DNA of 64,000 bases from Candidatus Taenariivivens baikalensis (lineage in GTDB: Bacteria > Omnitrophota > Omnitrophia > Omnitrophales > Aquincolibacteriaceae): assembly GCA_009691445.1 (NCBI GenBank), contig SICL01000001.1, positions 1,738-65,737 on the forward strand, in the 5' to 3' direction. This document shows positions 38,996-49,374 of the stretch, piece by piece; positions within the stretch are counted from its first letter, which is position 1, and every line of letters starts with the position of its first letter. The position numbers and the translations under genes are program-made. The notes beneath the pieces were generated by a model. It saw only the letters and a list, made by a program, of their open reading frames with translations, was not told where the DNA came from and did no database searches.

Positions 38996-41850
38996 TTTTG
39001 GGCTGTTAGATATTCGGTCAGTTTTCGCTCAAATTTCTTAAGACCCGATGCGACATCTTTTCCCAGGTCGATAAGAATAATAGGAAGCCCCTTATTTTGA
39101 ATCGCTTCAAAATCGCCTAAAGCCTGGGCCCGCTTGAGTTGGCTGAAAGTATAATGAGTGTCCGGAACTGGAATATCTTTTACATCGTCAGAGATAAACT
39201 CCATAAAAAGGCCGGAAGCCGTACCCCCTTTATAAAATTGTCCGATGGAGTGTAAATATCGCGGGCCAAAGCCAAGTAAAACTGGAATCCGGAAATGGCA
39301 GCGAATTTTTTGTCGAATCCGTTGAAAAACTGCCGCCCACTCAGGATTACGTGCAAGGTATGGAAGCAGGGATAAATAGCTACCGTGCTTGATCTGCTTG
39401 AAAATAAGCCCCAGCTCTACATGCTTGTTCACAGAATAATAACGCGTCGGCATTTCAAGGGTTTTTCCCTTTTTGATTACACCCAACAAACGAGAGGTGA
39501 TTTCCTTGCTCTCTGTCACATTAGGCTCGTCAAAAGGATTAACCTTCAGCACAACTCCGGCAATCGCCGTGGCAATTTCCCATGCCAAAAATTCACCCCC
39601 TAACGCTACATCGGACGGCCAGATAATGTCAATCCAGGGTAATCCTGCCTTTGAGAGATTTTTTAATTTAGCTTCGAGGATCTTAAAATCCGGATCAGTT
39701 TTTCGGCGGATGGACACAAAAAAACGGTCATCCCCGTAATCAGAGACACCGCCAAGAGCCTCGGTATCAACGGGTAATACACCCATTTTTTCTTTACCCG
39801 TGCTTTCGGCAATGAGCTGCTCAAGCCAGGAACCGAACGAGGCGAGACTTTGGGACGGAACGAGCGTCATTTTATCTCGCCCCTCGAGGGAAAGATGAGC
39901 CAGCACGATGCCGAGGTGGGCAGATGACGGAAATGTTGATCCCTCAAGCTCCGTAAAAACCGACTGCGCGTCTTCGAGGAGGCCGCGGACGTTGATTCCA
40001 AGCAATGCTGCAGGAACTATTCCAAATAGTGAAAGCACCGAAAATCTTCCGCCAATGTTGGAAGGATTGATAAAGCATTGGCGGAAGTGCATTTTATTTG
40101 CCAATACTTCCAATGTTGACCCGGCATCAGTGATCGCAATCCAGTGCCTACCAATGGCATCCGCGGACAATTTCTTTCCGTAAACCTTTTCGCACTGCTG
40201 ATAAAAAAACTTATATTGGGAAAAAGTCTCAATCGTGGATCCTGATTTGCTTGAAACCACAAAGAGCGTCTTTTTAATTTGGATACGTTTCAGCACATTT
40301 CCAATACTGCCAGGATCCGTGGTATCGACGATGCAAAACCTGGGGGCCTTCGAAGGGCGTTTGCAGATAAGGTTCATCACTTCAGGTGCCAAACTTGATC
40401 CACCCATCCCGAGAAGTACAATATCCTGAATTCCTTCAGTGCGGATTTCCTCCGCCAGTTGATCGAGTTCGTAGAGTTTCCCTAAAATCCAATCATGCGC
40501 CTTAAGCCATCCGAGGCGATTGTTAATTGACTTAACATGGAATTCTTCGGCTTTCCAGAGAGTGGGGTCTTGTTTTAAAAATCGGGGAATTAATTCTTGG
40601 GCAACCAGCCCCTCAATCCGGTCTGTGATTTTTCCTTTGGTAGCTTCGGAAAGATGAAAGTCATACCGAGCCAGCGGGCCTTTCCTTGTGGGTAAGGCAA
40701 CTGCTTTTTTTATTTGAGCTTTTTCTAAAGATCGCATCAGATCATCAAACGCATCACAGAATAACTTGACACCTTGAATCTGCAGCTGCTCACCCGTCTT
40801 CTCCAGGCTGATTCCAAGCGCTTGGAGCTGCTCGGTTATTTGCTTAGCATCCTGAACATTTTGTTCAAGGGTATTTTCACGAATATTTCCATGATCCAGC
40901 AGAGCATCAACGGTGATCTGCGGCATCGTATTAACCGTCTCGCGTCCCACCAAGGGTTCAACATAAAGAAGGTCAGGATATTTTGGATTTTTGCTGCTGG
41001 TACTTCCCCAGAGAACTTTCTGGATTTGACCGCCACGCGTTTGAAGCTTTTTAAACTTGGGAGTCTCAAAAAGTTTTTTGAACTCTTGATACACAAGCTT
41101 GGAATTAGCAACGGCAGCTTTTCCCATCAGCCGCGAGGCTTCTTTCTTGCCCTTCGCCACAAGACTTTCCAGTTCTTTATCAATCAACGTATCGAACCGA
41201 CTGACGAACACACTGGCAACAGAACGAATCCCGGCAATCGGGCTTCCAGACTTAAGACGATCTTGCAGTCCTTCCTGATAAGCCAGAGCCACGTCACGGT
41301 ATTGGCGAACTGAAAAAATAAGGGTGATATTGATATTGATCCCTGCGGCGATAAGTCGTCGGATGGCGGGAATTCCTTCGGGCGTTGCAGGAACTTTAAT
41401 CATGATATTGGGACGATCTACTTTTTTGAATAATCGGAGTGCTTCCAGGACGGTTTTCTCCGTGCAATATGCCAGATTGGGAAGAACCTCAAGACTCACA
41501 AATCCATGCTCCCCTTTCGTGCGCGTATGGATTTTAAGAAAGAGGTCGCAGGCCTTCTGAATATCACTCACAGTCAAGGCGTCGTAAATTTCAAGAGTAC
41601 TTGCTTTCGCCCGGGTCAGGCGTTGAATGTCTTTGTCATAAGCACCCTTTGACTGGCTGATTGCATTTTGAAAAATGCTGGGATTAGACGTGACGCCAAG
41701 AATCCCCGACTCATCAATCAAGGATTTTAATTTACCGGACAGGATCATGTCGCGACTTAAGTAGTCTAGCCAAGGACTCTGGCCCGCTTGATAAAGTTTT
41801 TGGGTGGGAAGTATTTCGAGAGCTGCGCGCATTGAATTTCTCCTTGCCAA
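38992..41850 (-). CDS. tal-pgi: bifunctional transaldolase / glucose-6-phosphate isomerase
   Basis: N-terminal transaldolase (GVTSNPSIF); C-terminal PGI sugar-isomerase domains. Confidence 0.88.
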   Translation of the reverse strand: MARRNSMRAALEILPTQKLYQAGQSPWLDYLSRDMILSGKLKSLIDESGILGVTSNPSIFQNAISQSKGAYDKDIQRLTRAKASTLEIYDALTVSDIQKACDLFLKIHTRTKGEHGFVSLEVLPNLAYCTEKTVLEALRLFKKVDRPNIMIKVPATPEGIPAIRRLIAAGININITLIFSVRQYRDVALAYQEGLQDRLKSGSPIAGIRSVASVFVSRFDTLIDKELESLVAKGKKEASRLMGKAAVANSKLVYQEFKKLFETPKFKKLQTRGGQIQKVLWGSTSSKNPKYPDLLYVEPLVGRETVNTMPQITVDALLDHGNIRENTLEQNVQDAKQITEQLQALGISLEKTGEQLQIQGVKLFCDAFDDLMRSLEKAQIKKAVALPTRKGPLARYDFHLSEATKGKITDRIEGLVAQELIPRFLKQDPTLWKAEEFHVKSINNRLGWLKAHDWILGKLYELDQLAEEIRTEGIQDIVLLGMGGSSLAPEVMNLICKRPSKAPRFCIVDTTDPGSIGNVLKRIQIKKTLFVVSSKSGSTIETFSQYKFFYQQCEKVYGKKLSADAIGRHWIAITDAGSTLEVLANKMHFRQCFINPSNIGGRFSVLSLFGIVPAALLGINVRGLLEDAQSVFTELEGSTFPSSAHLGIVLAHLSLEGRDKMTLVPSQSLASFGSWLEQLIAESTGKEKMGVLPVDTEALGGVSDYGDDRFFVSIRRKTDPDFKILEAKLKNLSKAGLPWIDIIWPSDVALGGEFLAWEIATAIAGVVLKVNPFDEPNVTESKEITSRLLGVIKKGKTLEMPTRYYSVNKHVELGLIFKQIKHGSYLSLLPYLARNPEWAAVFQRIRQKIRCHFRIPVLLGFGPRYLHSIGQFYKGGTASGLFMEFISDDVKDIPVPDTHYTFSQLKRAQALGDFEAIQNKGLPIILIDLGKDVASGLKKFERKLTEYLTAQK

Positions 41851-44040
41851 TTAAAATTTCGCACGAATGGCGGGAAGATACATCTTTTCAATGTATTCCC
41901 TTAACATTCGTTCTGTATTAAAAAATTGCATGATAGAACTTATGGAAGACATCATCATTTTAACCCATTCGGGGGAAAATGTATTCGCTTTTAACGGACG
42001 GCTAAAAAAAACAGGAAAAACCTCTTTTTCAAGAACCCGAAAGAGTTCTTCCCTATCTTCATTATTAGTGGTATCTTCCCCGCCCTTCCCAAAAATCCAC
42101 CCGTTTAATCCGTGGCGGATGCCTTCCGGAACCCACCCGTCATTGATGGATAAATTTAAGACGCCATTAATTCCCGCCTTCATACCGCTCGTACCACTTG
42201 CCTCCAAGGGCCGCGTTGGATTATTCAGCCAGAGATCACATCCTGATTCTAAATACCGGGCCAGTTCAATGTCATATCCCTCAATGAAATAAACCGAGGC
42301 TTCGATGCCTTTTTTTAAGCAGTATTCTTCCAATCTCCGGGAAACATCCCAAATCTGATGGATCCGATTTCGGCCTGGATAATTATCAGGATGAGGCTTG
42401 CCTGCAAACAATAAGCTTATTGGCGTTTTGTATTTTTGATACATGCGCTCTAAAAATTCAAACAAGTATTCTTCATCATCAAGAATCAGTGTGACTCGCT
42501 TATAAGCGGCAAATCTCCGGGCGAAACCGATCATAAGAGAATCCTTCGATGGAAATTTGTTCACCCTTAAAGAGATATCGTCCGGCAAAAGGCCTTCCCG
42601 TTTCCAACAGGTTGTCATACGAGATTTGACAGCATCAAGCATCTGCTGTTTTAGCTGTTGATGAAGAGACCAGAGTGTCTGGCCTGGAATTTCCAAAATC
42701 TTCTCGACACCGCCAAACTCATCAAGCATGCGGGCCAAGGAAGGTTGCTGCCAGTAGGGAATGTGAATCGCATTTGTAATGGCCCCAATCGGCAAAGGAT
42801 TTACGGGCTTATTCGGAAGTTCAGCCAAATGCGCCCACATCGTTTGGCATATGTCTCCGTGGAGCTGGCTGACGCCATTGCGGAAGGCTCCCGAAAAAAG
42901 TAAGGCCAGTTGAGTCATATCAAAAAGATTGCCAGTATTCTTTCCCCAAGCAAGAAGTTTCGTGGATTCTTTGATATCGAGGAACGTATCAAGATACGAT
43001 TTAAGTTGTGAGACCACCAGATTGAAATCAAAACGTTCATTGCCTTCAGGCACGGGTGTGTGGGTCGTGAAACCAATTTTGTGGCACACGCTTTTTAATG
43101 CGGAATCCATGGCGAGCTTTTGAGAACTCATCACATGGCGAAGAATTTCGAAACAAGCAAAGGCTGCGTGACCTTCGTTCAAGTGGAATGCATCGGGATG
43201 GTACCCCGCCTTATAAAGGGCTTTGACTCCGCCTACCCCTAAAATCATTTCCTGCTCAAGACGACGCTGACGCTCATCTTCTCGTGGTTTTTTAGAGGCA
43301 TAAAGGCGCTGAGAGATTGAGCGGTCATTAACATCATTTTCTTGAAGGTTTGTATCGAGAAGTAAAAGATCCACACGGCCGATCTTCGCCACCCAAACCT
43401 GGGCTTTGACCGTGCGGTTACCAATCGGGACCTCAACAATTAACGGGGTTTTTTCTAAAAGACTCTGAACGCTTTCAAGAGGTAGATAATTTTTAACATC
43501 TTTTCCTGGAGGGACTAAGGATTCATAAGAAACCCGCATATGCCCTTCCAGGTCAACATTCTGTTCGTAATATCCTTCGAGATAGAGCAGTCCAACTGCC
43601 ACCAAGGGAATGCCTAAATCGCTGGCTCCGCGCAAATGGTCGCCCGACAAAATTCCGAGCCCACCTGAATAAATAGGAAGGGTATCAAATCCATATTCCA
43701 TAGAAAAATAGGCAATTTGCTTTCCCTGAAGTTCCGGATAAAGTTTTTGGCATGATGCTTTAGCCGATTCAACATACTTTTCGTAAGCCTTGCAGGCGAG
43801 GTCTGCCTTTTCTAGAAAGTCGGATCGCTGAGAAAGTTCTATCATCTTAGGATGGGAGGACGGGCTGTTATCAGTGGCTTGCGCGAATAAAGAATAATAA
43901 TTACGAGGGGGATGCGCGTTGATTAAAGGACCGATTGAATCCAGTACCGCGCGCATTTCCGGGGACCACTCCGTCCAGTAATTAGCAGTCAAGGTCCTAA
44001 GTTTTTGATCTAAAGAGCTCATACGCCAACAAAGTATCAA
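41851..44040 (-). CDS. glgP: alpha-glucan (glycogen/maltodextrin) phosphorylase, GT35
   Basis: GGLGILSGDHLRGASDLG and EASGTSGMKAGINGV (PLP lysine) motifs. Confidence 0.9.
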   Translation of the reverse strand: MILCWRMSSLDQKLRTLTANYWTEWSPEMRAVLDSIGPLINAHPPRNYYSLFAQATDNSPSSHPKMIELSQRSDFLEKADLACKAYEKYVESAKASCQKLYPELQGKQIAYFSMEYGFDTLPIYSGGLGILSGDHLRGASDLGIPLVAVGLLYLEGYYEQNVDLEGHMRVSYESLVPPGKDVKNYLPLESVQSLLEKTPLIVEVPIGNRTVKAQVWVAKIGRVDLLLLDTNLQENDVNDRSISQRLYASKKPREDERQRRLEQEMILGVGGVKALYKAGYHPDAFHLNEGHAAFACFEILRHVMSSQKLAMDSALKSVCHKIGFTTHTPVPEGNERFDFNLVVSQLKSYLDTFLDIKESTKLLAWGKNTGNLFDMTQLALLFSGAFRNGVSQLHGDICQTMWAHLAELPNKPVNPLPIGAITNAIHIPYWQQPSLARMLDEFGGVEKILEIPGQTLWSLHQQLKQQMLDAVKSRMTTCWKREGLLPDDISLRVNKFPSKDSLMIGFARRFAAYKRVTLILDDEEYLFEFLERMYQKYKTPISLLFAGKPHPDNYPGRNRIHQIWDVSRRLEEYCLKKGIEASVYFIEGYDIELARYLESGCDLWLNNPTRPLEASGTSGMKAGINGVLNLSINDGWVPEGIRHGLNGWIFGKGGEDTTNNEDREELFRVLEKEVFPVFFSRPLKANTFSPEWVKMMMSSISSIMQFFNTERMLREYIEKMYLPAIRAKF

Positions 44041-44079
44041 AAACTCAGAGAAATTTCACCAAAAATCAGGAAATAAGAA

Positions 44080-45114
44080 TTAAATAGCAGGAGCGCTTGC
44101 CACAACAGGTAGGCTGAAAATAAATTCGGAGCCTTTTCCGAGACCTTCGGAAAAGACGGAAATCTTCCCGTCCTGGGATTCTACAAGTTGTTTCACAATG
44201 GCGAGGCCCAGTCCGCTCCCGGCATGTTTTCTAGAAACGGGATCTGTGGACCGGTAAAACTCTTCAAAAATCAGTTGGTGCTCGGAAGGATCCACACCAA
44301 TGCCTGTATCTCTGACACAAATCTTGAGCACAGATTCCTTTGGGTCAAATTTAGCCTCTAAAATAACGGTCCCTCCTGCCGGTGTATACTTTATCGAATT
44401 ATTGAGCAAATTAACCACCACTTGAGTCACTCGATCCAAGTCTCCTTTGACATCGGGAAGGACATCCGGAATCATTTCCTCAAAGCGAATCTGCTGCTGA
44501 TCACATACCACAATGTGGTCTTCGTAGCAGGCTTTAAGTACCGGTACGATATCAAAGATTTCCTTGCGGACAGAAACTTTTCCAGATCGGATCCGCGAAA
44601 GATCTAAAAGTTCATCCACGATGCGATTCAGACGCTGTCCCTGCATTAGAATCTTTCTCACCCGGCGCTTCTGCTCATCATTGAGAGTTCCCAGTTTCTC
44701 ACGCATAAGAATTTCAGCAAATCCACTGATAATTGAAAGCGGAGTACGGAGTTCATGGGAAGCGACCGTCAAAAATTCATCTTTCAGTTTATTGAAGCGG
44801 GCGTTGACTGAGTTAGAATTGTCGGAACTAAGCAAAATCAATTCTTTGCTCGCAAGAAAAAAAACAAACCCGGGAATGAGTATTACTGTCTCAAACATTA
44901 TTTTGAAAAGGGATTCAGGAAGTGGATACAACCATATCATATTCTTGAGATACAGCATTGAAAGACTTAAGGCGAATAGAATGCAGGAAACGTAAACAAT
45001 ATTACGGCGTGATTTTTCAACCGTTGAGACACGAATGAGAACCACTGAGGCGAGAAAATAAACCAGAGTCCCGACAATGTTAAGGGAAATATAGAAAAGT
45101 AACTTGGGCGTCAT
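44080..45114 (-). CDS. sensor histidine kinase (membrane)
   Basis: Four N-terminal TM helices; HisKA H-box (ASHELRTPL); HATPase_c G-boxes. Confidence 0.88.
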   Translation of the reverse strand: MTPKLLFYISLNIVGTLVYFLASVVLIRVSTVEKSRRNIVYVSCILFALSLSMLYLKNMIWLYPLPESLFKIMFETVILIPGFVFFLASKELILLSSDNSNSVNARFNKLKDEFLTVASHELRTPLSIISGFAEILMREKLGTLNDEQKRRVRKILMQGQRLNRIVDELLDLSRIRSGKVSVRKEIFDIVPVLKACYEDHIVVCDQQQIRFEEMIPDVLPDVKGDLDRVTQVVVNLLNNSIKYTPAGGTVILEAKFDPKESVLKICVRDTGIGVDPSEHQLIFEEFYRSTDPVSRKHAGSGLGLAIVKQLVESQDGKISVFSEGLGKGSEFIFSLPVVASAPAI

Positions 45115-45128
45115 GATCCCTCGAAAGG

Positions 45129-45746
45129 TTAAGCAACCTTGGGAGTATTCCCGCGATATTTAAGGTTCATGAAATGGTCGGTAACTCGTTTTAAATCAGC
45201 CATCGTAAAAGGCTTGGAGATAATGTCCGTCACTCCGCAGGTTCGCATCTTTTGAATATCGGCATCGCTTTTCAGAGCAGAGACGGCTACGATCGGGATA
45301 TCGCGGAACCGCGGATCCTGGCGGACAAATTTTGTAAATTCGAATCCATCCAACTCGGGCATAAGAAAATCAAGAAACACAAGATCGGGTTGTTCCTCTA
45401 CTAGTTTGGCGCCCGCTGAAAATCCATTTGCAGCTTCTATCACCTTAACTCCGGGTATTGTAGAAAGAAGATCATTCAGAATAATCAGAAGGTCCGGTTC
45501 ATCATCTACGGTAAGCACGAGAAAATGTTTTCTCTGCTTCAATTCCTCCTCACCCTGCCAGGGGAGATTATAATCCTGGGCAAAACGGGAAAGCTCTTCA
45601 TGTTCAATACGCCGGTGCCCGCCCACTGTTGTATAGCATTTGAATTTACCGCTGCCAATCCATCGAATCACAGTGATGGGAGTGACGCCAAGAAGTTTTG
45701 CAACTTCGTGTGTGGTGTAGAGTTTTTTTGTTGCGGGCTTATCCAT
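45129..45746 (-). CDS. response regulator with an N-terminal MerR/excisionase-type HTH and a C-terminal receiver domain
   Basis: YTTHEVAKLLGVTPITVIRWI HTH followed by receiver (LTVDDEPD...DFLMPELDG...SKP). Confidence 0.8.
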   Translation of the reverse strand: MDKPATKKLYTTHEVAKLLGVTPITVIRWIGSGKFKCYTTVGGHRRIEHEELSRFAQDYNLPWQGEEELKQRKHFLVLTVDDEPDLLIILNDLLSTIPGVKVIEAANGFSAGAKLVEEQPDLVFLDFLMPELDGFEFTKFVRQDPRFRDIPIVAVSALKSDADIQKMRTCGVTDIISKPFTMADLKRVTDHFMNLKYRGNTPKVA

Positions 45747-45869
45747 AACTGCCCCCATTTTGCTCGACTGAGGTTGAGTGAAATGTTGTAAATGTGCTTT
45801 TTGTTACCTTCAATTGAAGTATACTTGGCGGTTTCTAATAATGCAAATAACTGGCGGGATTTGAAAAAT

Positions 45870-46340
45870 CTAGCTGATCAAAACGCGGCGGGGATTTGAC
45901 GGGGTTTTCGCTGCAGATGTTGCGGTTTCTGGGGTGGTATTGTTTTGTGTGGCAGTTGCGGTGGAGGTTGAAGTACTGGTTGTCGCCGCCCCAAAATTAT
46001 CTTGGCTGCTTGACATACTTCCAAGCTTCAGGGATGACGACAAAAAATGGAGCTCTTTGGTAACTTGAGATCCGGAAGTAGTTGTCTCCGCGCCCCCTGT
46101 CGATTCAGCCTGAGCCCCACCGGCAGGTGGTGAAGTCGAGGTTGCAACCTTACCCTGATAAAACGACGGGGTTGTAAAGTGGCTGCTGGACGTAGCCGTT
46201 TCGGTGGCGGTACTCGTATCTGTAGCTGCCGTACTTGTCGCAGTGGATGTATTTGTCGATGTATCCGCAAGGAATCCAAAGCACCATCCACGAAAAGGTG
46301 CCAAAATTTCTAAAAGGCCAGCAAGAAGCAGGATTTTCAT
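45870..46340 (-). CDS. secreted Thr/Ser-rich low-complexity protein
   Basis: Signal peptide MKILLLAGLLEILA followed by T/S/A repeats. Confidence 0.5.
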   Translation of the reverse strand: MKILLLAGLLEILAPFRGWCFGFLADTSTNTSTATSTAATDTSTATETATSSSHFTTPSFYQGKVATSTSPPAGGAQAESTGGAETTTSGSQVTKELHFLSSSLKLGSMSSSQDNFGAATTSTSTSTATATQNNTTPETATSAAKTPSNPRRVLIS

Positions 46341-46380
46341 TATTCGTCCCATAGGATAATTATAGCTGATAAAAGCAAAT

Positions 46381-47322
46381 TTAGGGTTTCAGGGCAGATC
46401 GAACATATTCAATGACCTCTGATGGGACACTGGGCCCAAGAGCGTCTAGCCAGTAAACATTCTTTTCTTTACGGAACCATGTCCATTGGCGCTTGGCAAG
46501 ATGCCGGGTATTCATCTTGATGTCTTCGCTAATTTTTTCAAGCATCAAAGGCTTATCAAGATTCTGCGGCTCCTTCAAACGATCCAAAATTTCCTTGTAG
46601 CCCACTGCTTGCTGCGCGGTTTTAGAAAGGTCTTGGGTTTTAAGCTGTTGGACTTCCGACAAAAGCCCTTGGTCAAACATTTGATCGACACGCTGCTGAA
46701 TGCGCTCATACAGAATTTTTCGATCCATCGTTAATCCCACAATAATAGGATTAAACCCTAACGATTCCAGCGAGATGGATGAGGTCGGAAGAGTCGACGG
46801 CTTCTTTCCTGATATTTCAAAGATTTCCAGAGCCCGAAGAATTCTCTTTTTATCACGGGGCATAATCTTATTTGCCCGGTCAGGATCAATTTCCTTTAAG
46901 CGATCATACAGAACGGAAAGTCCGCAAGCGGCTGTCTCGGCATCAAGTTTTTCACGGATCTCTCGCGTGTCACCGATTTCAGGAGAAATTCCGGCGAGCA
47001 AAGTCCGGATGTAAAATCCTGTTCCACCGACCACCATGGGGAGACACCCCCTTTCTGCAATCGCGCGAATATTGGCAAGGGATTTTTCGTAGAAATCAAA
47101 AGCAGAAAAAGATTCCGATGGATCCAAAATATCAATGAGATGATGAGGGACTATCGCCCTATCAGGTTTGGTGGGCTTAGCAGTTCCAATATCCATGCCA
47201 CGGTAAACCTGCATGGAGTCGGCGGAGATAATTTCTCCTTGAAGCTCTAGCGCAACCTCAAGTGCGATCTTGGACTTTCCAACCGCGGTGGGGCCCACGA
47301 TGAAGAGGACAGAATTTCTCAC
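46381..47322 (-). CDS. miaA: tRNA dimethylallyltransferase
   Basis: GPTAVGKS P-loop and IPT family sequence. Confidence 0.9.
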   Translation of the reverse strand: MRNSVLFIVGPTAVGKSKIALEVALELQGEIISADSMQVYRGMDIGTAKPTKPDRAIVPHHLIDILDPSESFSAFDFYEKSLANIRAIAERGCLPMVVGGTGFYIRTLLAGISPEIGDTREIREKLDAETAACGLSVLYDRLKEIDPDRANKIMPRDKKRILRALEIFEISGKKPSTLPTSSISLESLGFNPIIVGLTMDRKILYERIQQRVDQMFDQGLLSEVQQLKTQDLSKTAQQAVGYKEILDRLKEPQNLDKPLMLEKISEDIKMNTRHLAKRQWTWFRKEKNVYWLDALGPSVPSEVIEYVRSALKP

Positions 47323-48968
47323 ATGGATTCAGGGGCTGAGACCCCCAGTAGATTAAGACCATTACGGAGAACAATGCGGACAGCATCAATAAGAATTAGG
47401 CGGGCCTGGCTCAATGCGGCATCCTCGGAAAGCACCCGGTGAACGGAATAGAATTTATGAAAACTAGCAGCAAGGTCACGGAGATACTCGACAAGACGGT
47501 AAGGTTCAAGGGTTTGAGCCGCGTGAACAATCGTTTCCACGTAATCATAAAGGTGTTTGATGAGTTCGGTTTCCTCCGGACTCACCAATCGCTCAGTATT
47601 TGCATCATCCTTAAGGGACTGCGCGGCATGACGAAGAAGACTGGAAATCCGGGCGTGGGCATACTGAAGATAATAAACCGGATTATCCTGAGATTTTTCC
47701 TTGGCTAAATCCAGATCAAAATCGAGATGACTTTCCACCTTGCGCATGAGAAAGAAAAAACGCGCCGCATCCGCACCGACCTCCTGAACTAATTCACGAA
47801 GCATGACAAATTCTCCCGATCGTGTGGACATGCGGACCGGTTCCCCTTTCCGGTAAAGGGTTGTCAGCTGGACAATGCGAATGTCAAGTTGGTCCGGATT
47901 GAAGCCCAACGCTGAACACGCTGCTTTTAGCCGAACAATATAGCCGTGATGATCGGGCCCCATGAGATCAACAAGCCAGTGGTAACCGCGGTTGAATTTC
48001 TCACGATGATAAGCAATGTCAGGCGCGATATAGGTAAGTTCACCAGTCGACTTGCGGACGACACGATCTTTGTCATCGCCAAAAGCAGTCGTCTTAAACC
48101 AGAGGGCGCCATCTTGTTCGTATAAATGACCCGCCTTGCGTAAATCCTCAAAGGCGGCTTCAATGCTTTTATTTTGATACAAAGTGCGTTCACTAAAGAT
48201 ATTCTGAAAATGAACATCGACGGTATTCAGATCTTCCAGGATTCCCTTCATAATTGTTTCCTGGGCATACAAACGACAGGCTTCGATGCCTGTGATTTCA
48301 TTCTCCAAAAGACTTTTACCTTTTTCAAGGATAAGCGCTTTGGCGATCACTGCAAGATAGTCGCCTTGATACCCTTCTTCGGGTATTGGTTTCTCGACGC
48401 CAAGCTCCTGGCAGTAACGCGCCCAAAGACTTTGGCCCAATAAATTCATTTGCCGGCCGGCGTCATTAAGATAATACTCCGCATCGGCTTGATATCCGGA
48501 GGTTCGAAGCAAACGTACCAGCGTATCTCCTATAATCGCCTGACGGCCGTGAGCAATCGTGAGTGGACCTGTCGGATTCGCACTGACAAACTCCACCAAA
48601 GCCTTTTTCCCAACGCCATATTCGGATTGGCCGTATAAGGAATCCTTTTCCCGAATTTCTCGCAGAATATCTGTCAGCGAGCTTTTAACGAGGTAGATAT
48701 TGATAAATCCAGCGCCTCCGATCTCAATTCGATCAACGGAAGCAGGACACTGATTTTTTAGTGTGGGGAAAAAATCTTCGGCCGATTTTTTCGGAGGCTG
48801 GCGCGTCAGACGTGACAATTTAAACGCAACATTCGAGGCGAAGTCACCTTGAGTTGAATCTTTCGAGACTATAATTTCAAAGTCGCCGAGATCGGAAATA
48901 GACAGCTCTTTTTGCTGGGCATAAGCCGCAAGGCTGGACTTAATCCATTGATTAAGAACCTGCTTCAT
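47319..48968 (-). CDS. argS: arginine--tRNA ligase
   Basis: Class I HIGH (ANPTGPLTIAHGR), KMSK-region equivalent and DALR anticodon-binding domain. Confidence 0.92.
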   Translation of the reverse strand: MKQVLNQWIKSSLAAYAQQKELSISDLGDFEIIVSKDSTQGDFASNVAFKLSRLTRQPPKKSAEDFFPTLKNQCPASVDRIEIGGAGFINIYLVKSSLTDILREIREKDSLYGQSEYGVGKKALVEFVSANPTGPLTIAHGRQAIIGDTLVRLLRTSGYQADAEYYLNDAGRQMNLLGQSLWARYCQELGVEKPIPEEGYQGDYLAVIAKALILEKGKSLLENEITGIEACRLYAQETIMKGILEDLNTVDVHFQNIFSERTLYQNKSIEAAFEDLRKAGHLYEQDGALWFKTTAFGDDKDRVVRKSTGELTYIAPDIAYHREKFNRGYHWLVDLMGPDHHGYIVRLKAACSALGFNPDQLDIRIVQLTTLYRKGEPVRMSTRSGEFVMLRELVQEVGADAARFFFLMRKVESHLDFDLDLAKEKSQDNPVYYLQYAHARISSLLRHAAQSLKDDANTERLVSPEETELIKHLYDYVETIVHAAQTLEPYRLVEYLRDLAASFHKFYSVHRVLSEDAALSQARLILIDAVRIVLRNGLNLLGVSAPESM

Positions 48969-49297
48969 AACCGCGGGGCATCTCCCCAAAGGCGTTCAAG
49001 GCCGTAGTACTCCCGAGTATCCTTATAAAACACATGGACAATCACAGCGCCAAAATCAAGGAGGATCCAAAGGCTTTCAGCAAGACCTTCTTGATGGAAA
49101 ACGGGAACCCCCTTCTCTTTGAGGGTTATAACAATATGTTCGGCAATGGCTTTTACATGGCGATCCGAATTCCCATGAAAGATTACGAAGTACCGGGCGA
49201 CATTGGTGAGTTTGTCAAGATCCAGGATCAGCGGTTCTTCGGCCTTTTTATCTAGGCCGGCTTCACGGATAAGAAATGCTATCGCTTTAGGGCGCAC
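48965..49297 (-). CDS. rsfS: ribosome silencing factor RsfS (Iojap family), GTG start
   Basis: DYFVIFHGNSDRHVKAIAEHI...DFGAVIVHVF..REYYGLERLW matches the family. Confidence 0.8.
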   Translation of the reverse strand: MRPKAIAFLIREAGLDKKAEEPLILDLDKLTNVARYFVIFHGNSDRHVKAIAEHIVITLKEKGVPVFHQEGLAESLWILLDFGAVIVHVFYKDTREYYGLERLWGDAPRL

Positions 49298-49374
49298 GTT
49301 TCACGACTTTCTAGTGGATAAGGGTTAATGACGATCGCATATAGTACAACCGACCTTTTCCAATGCCAAACTTT

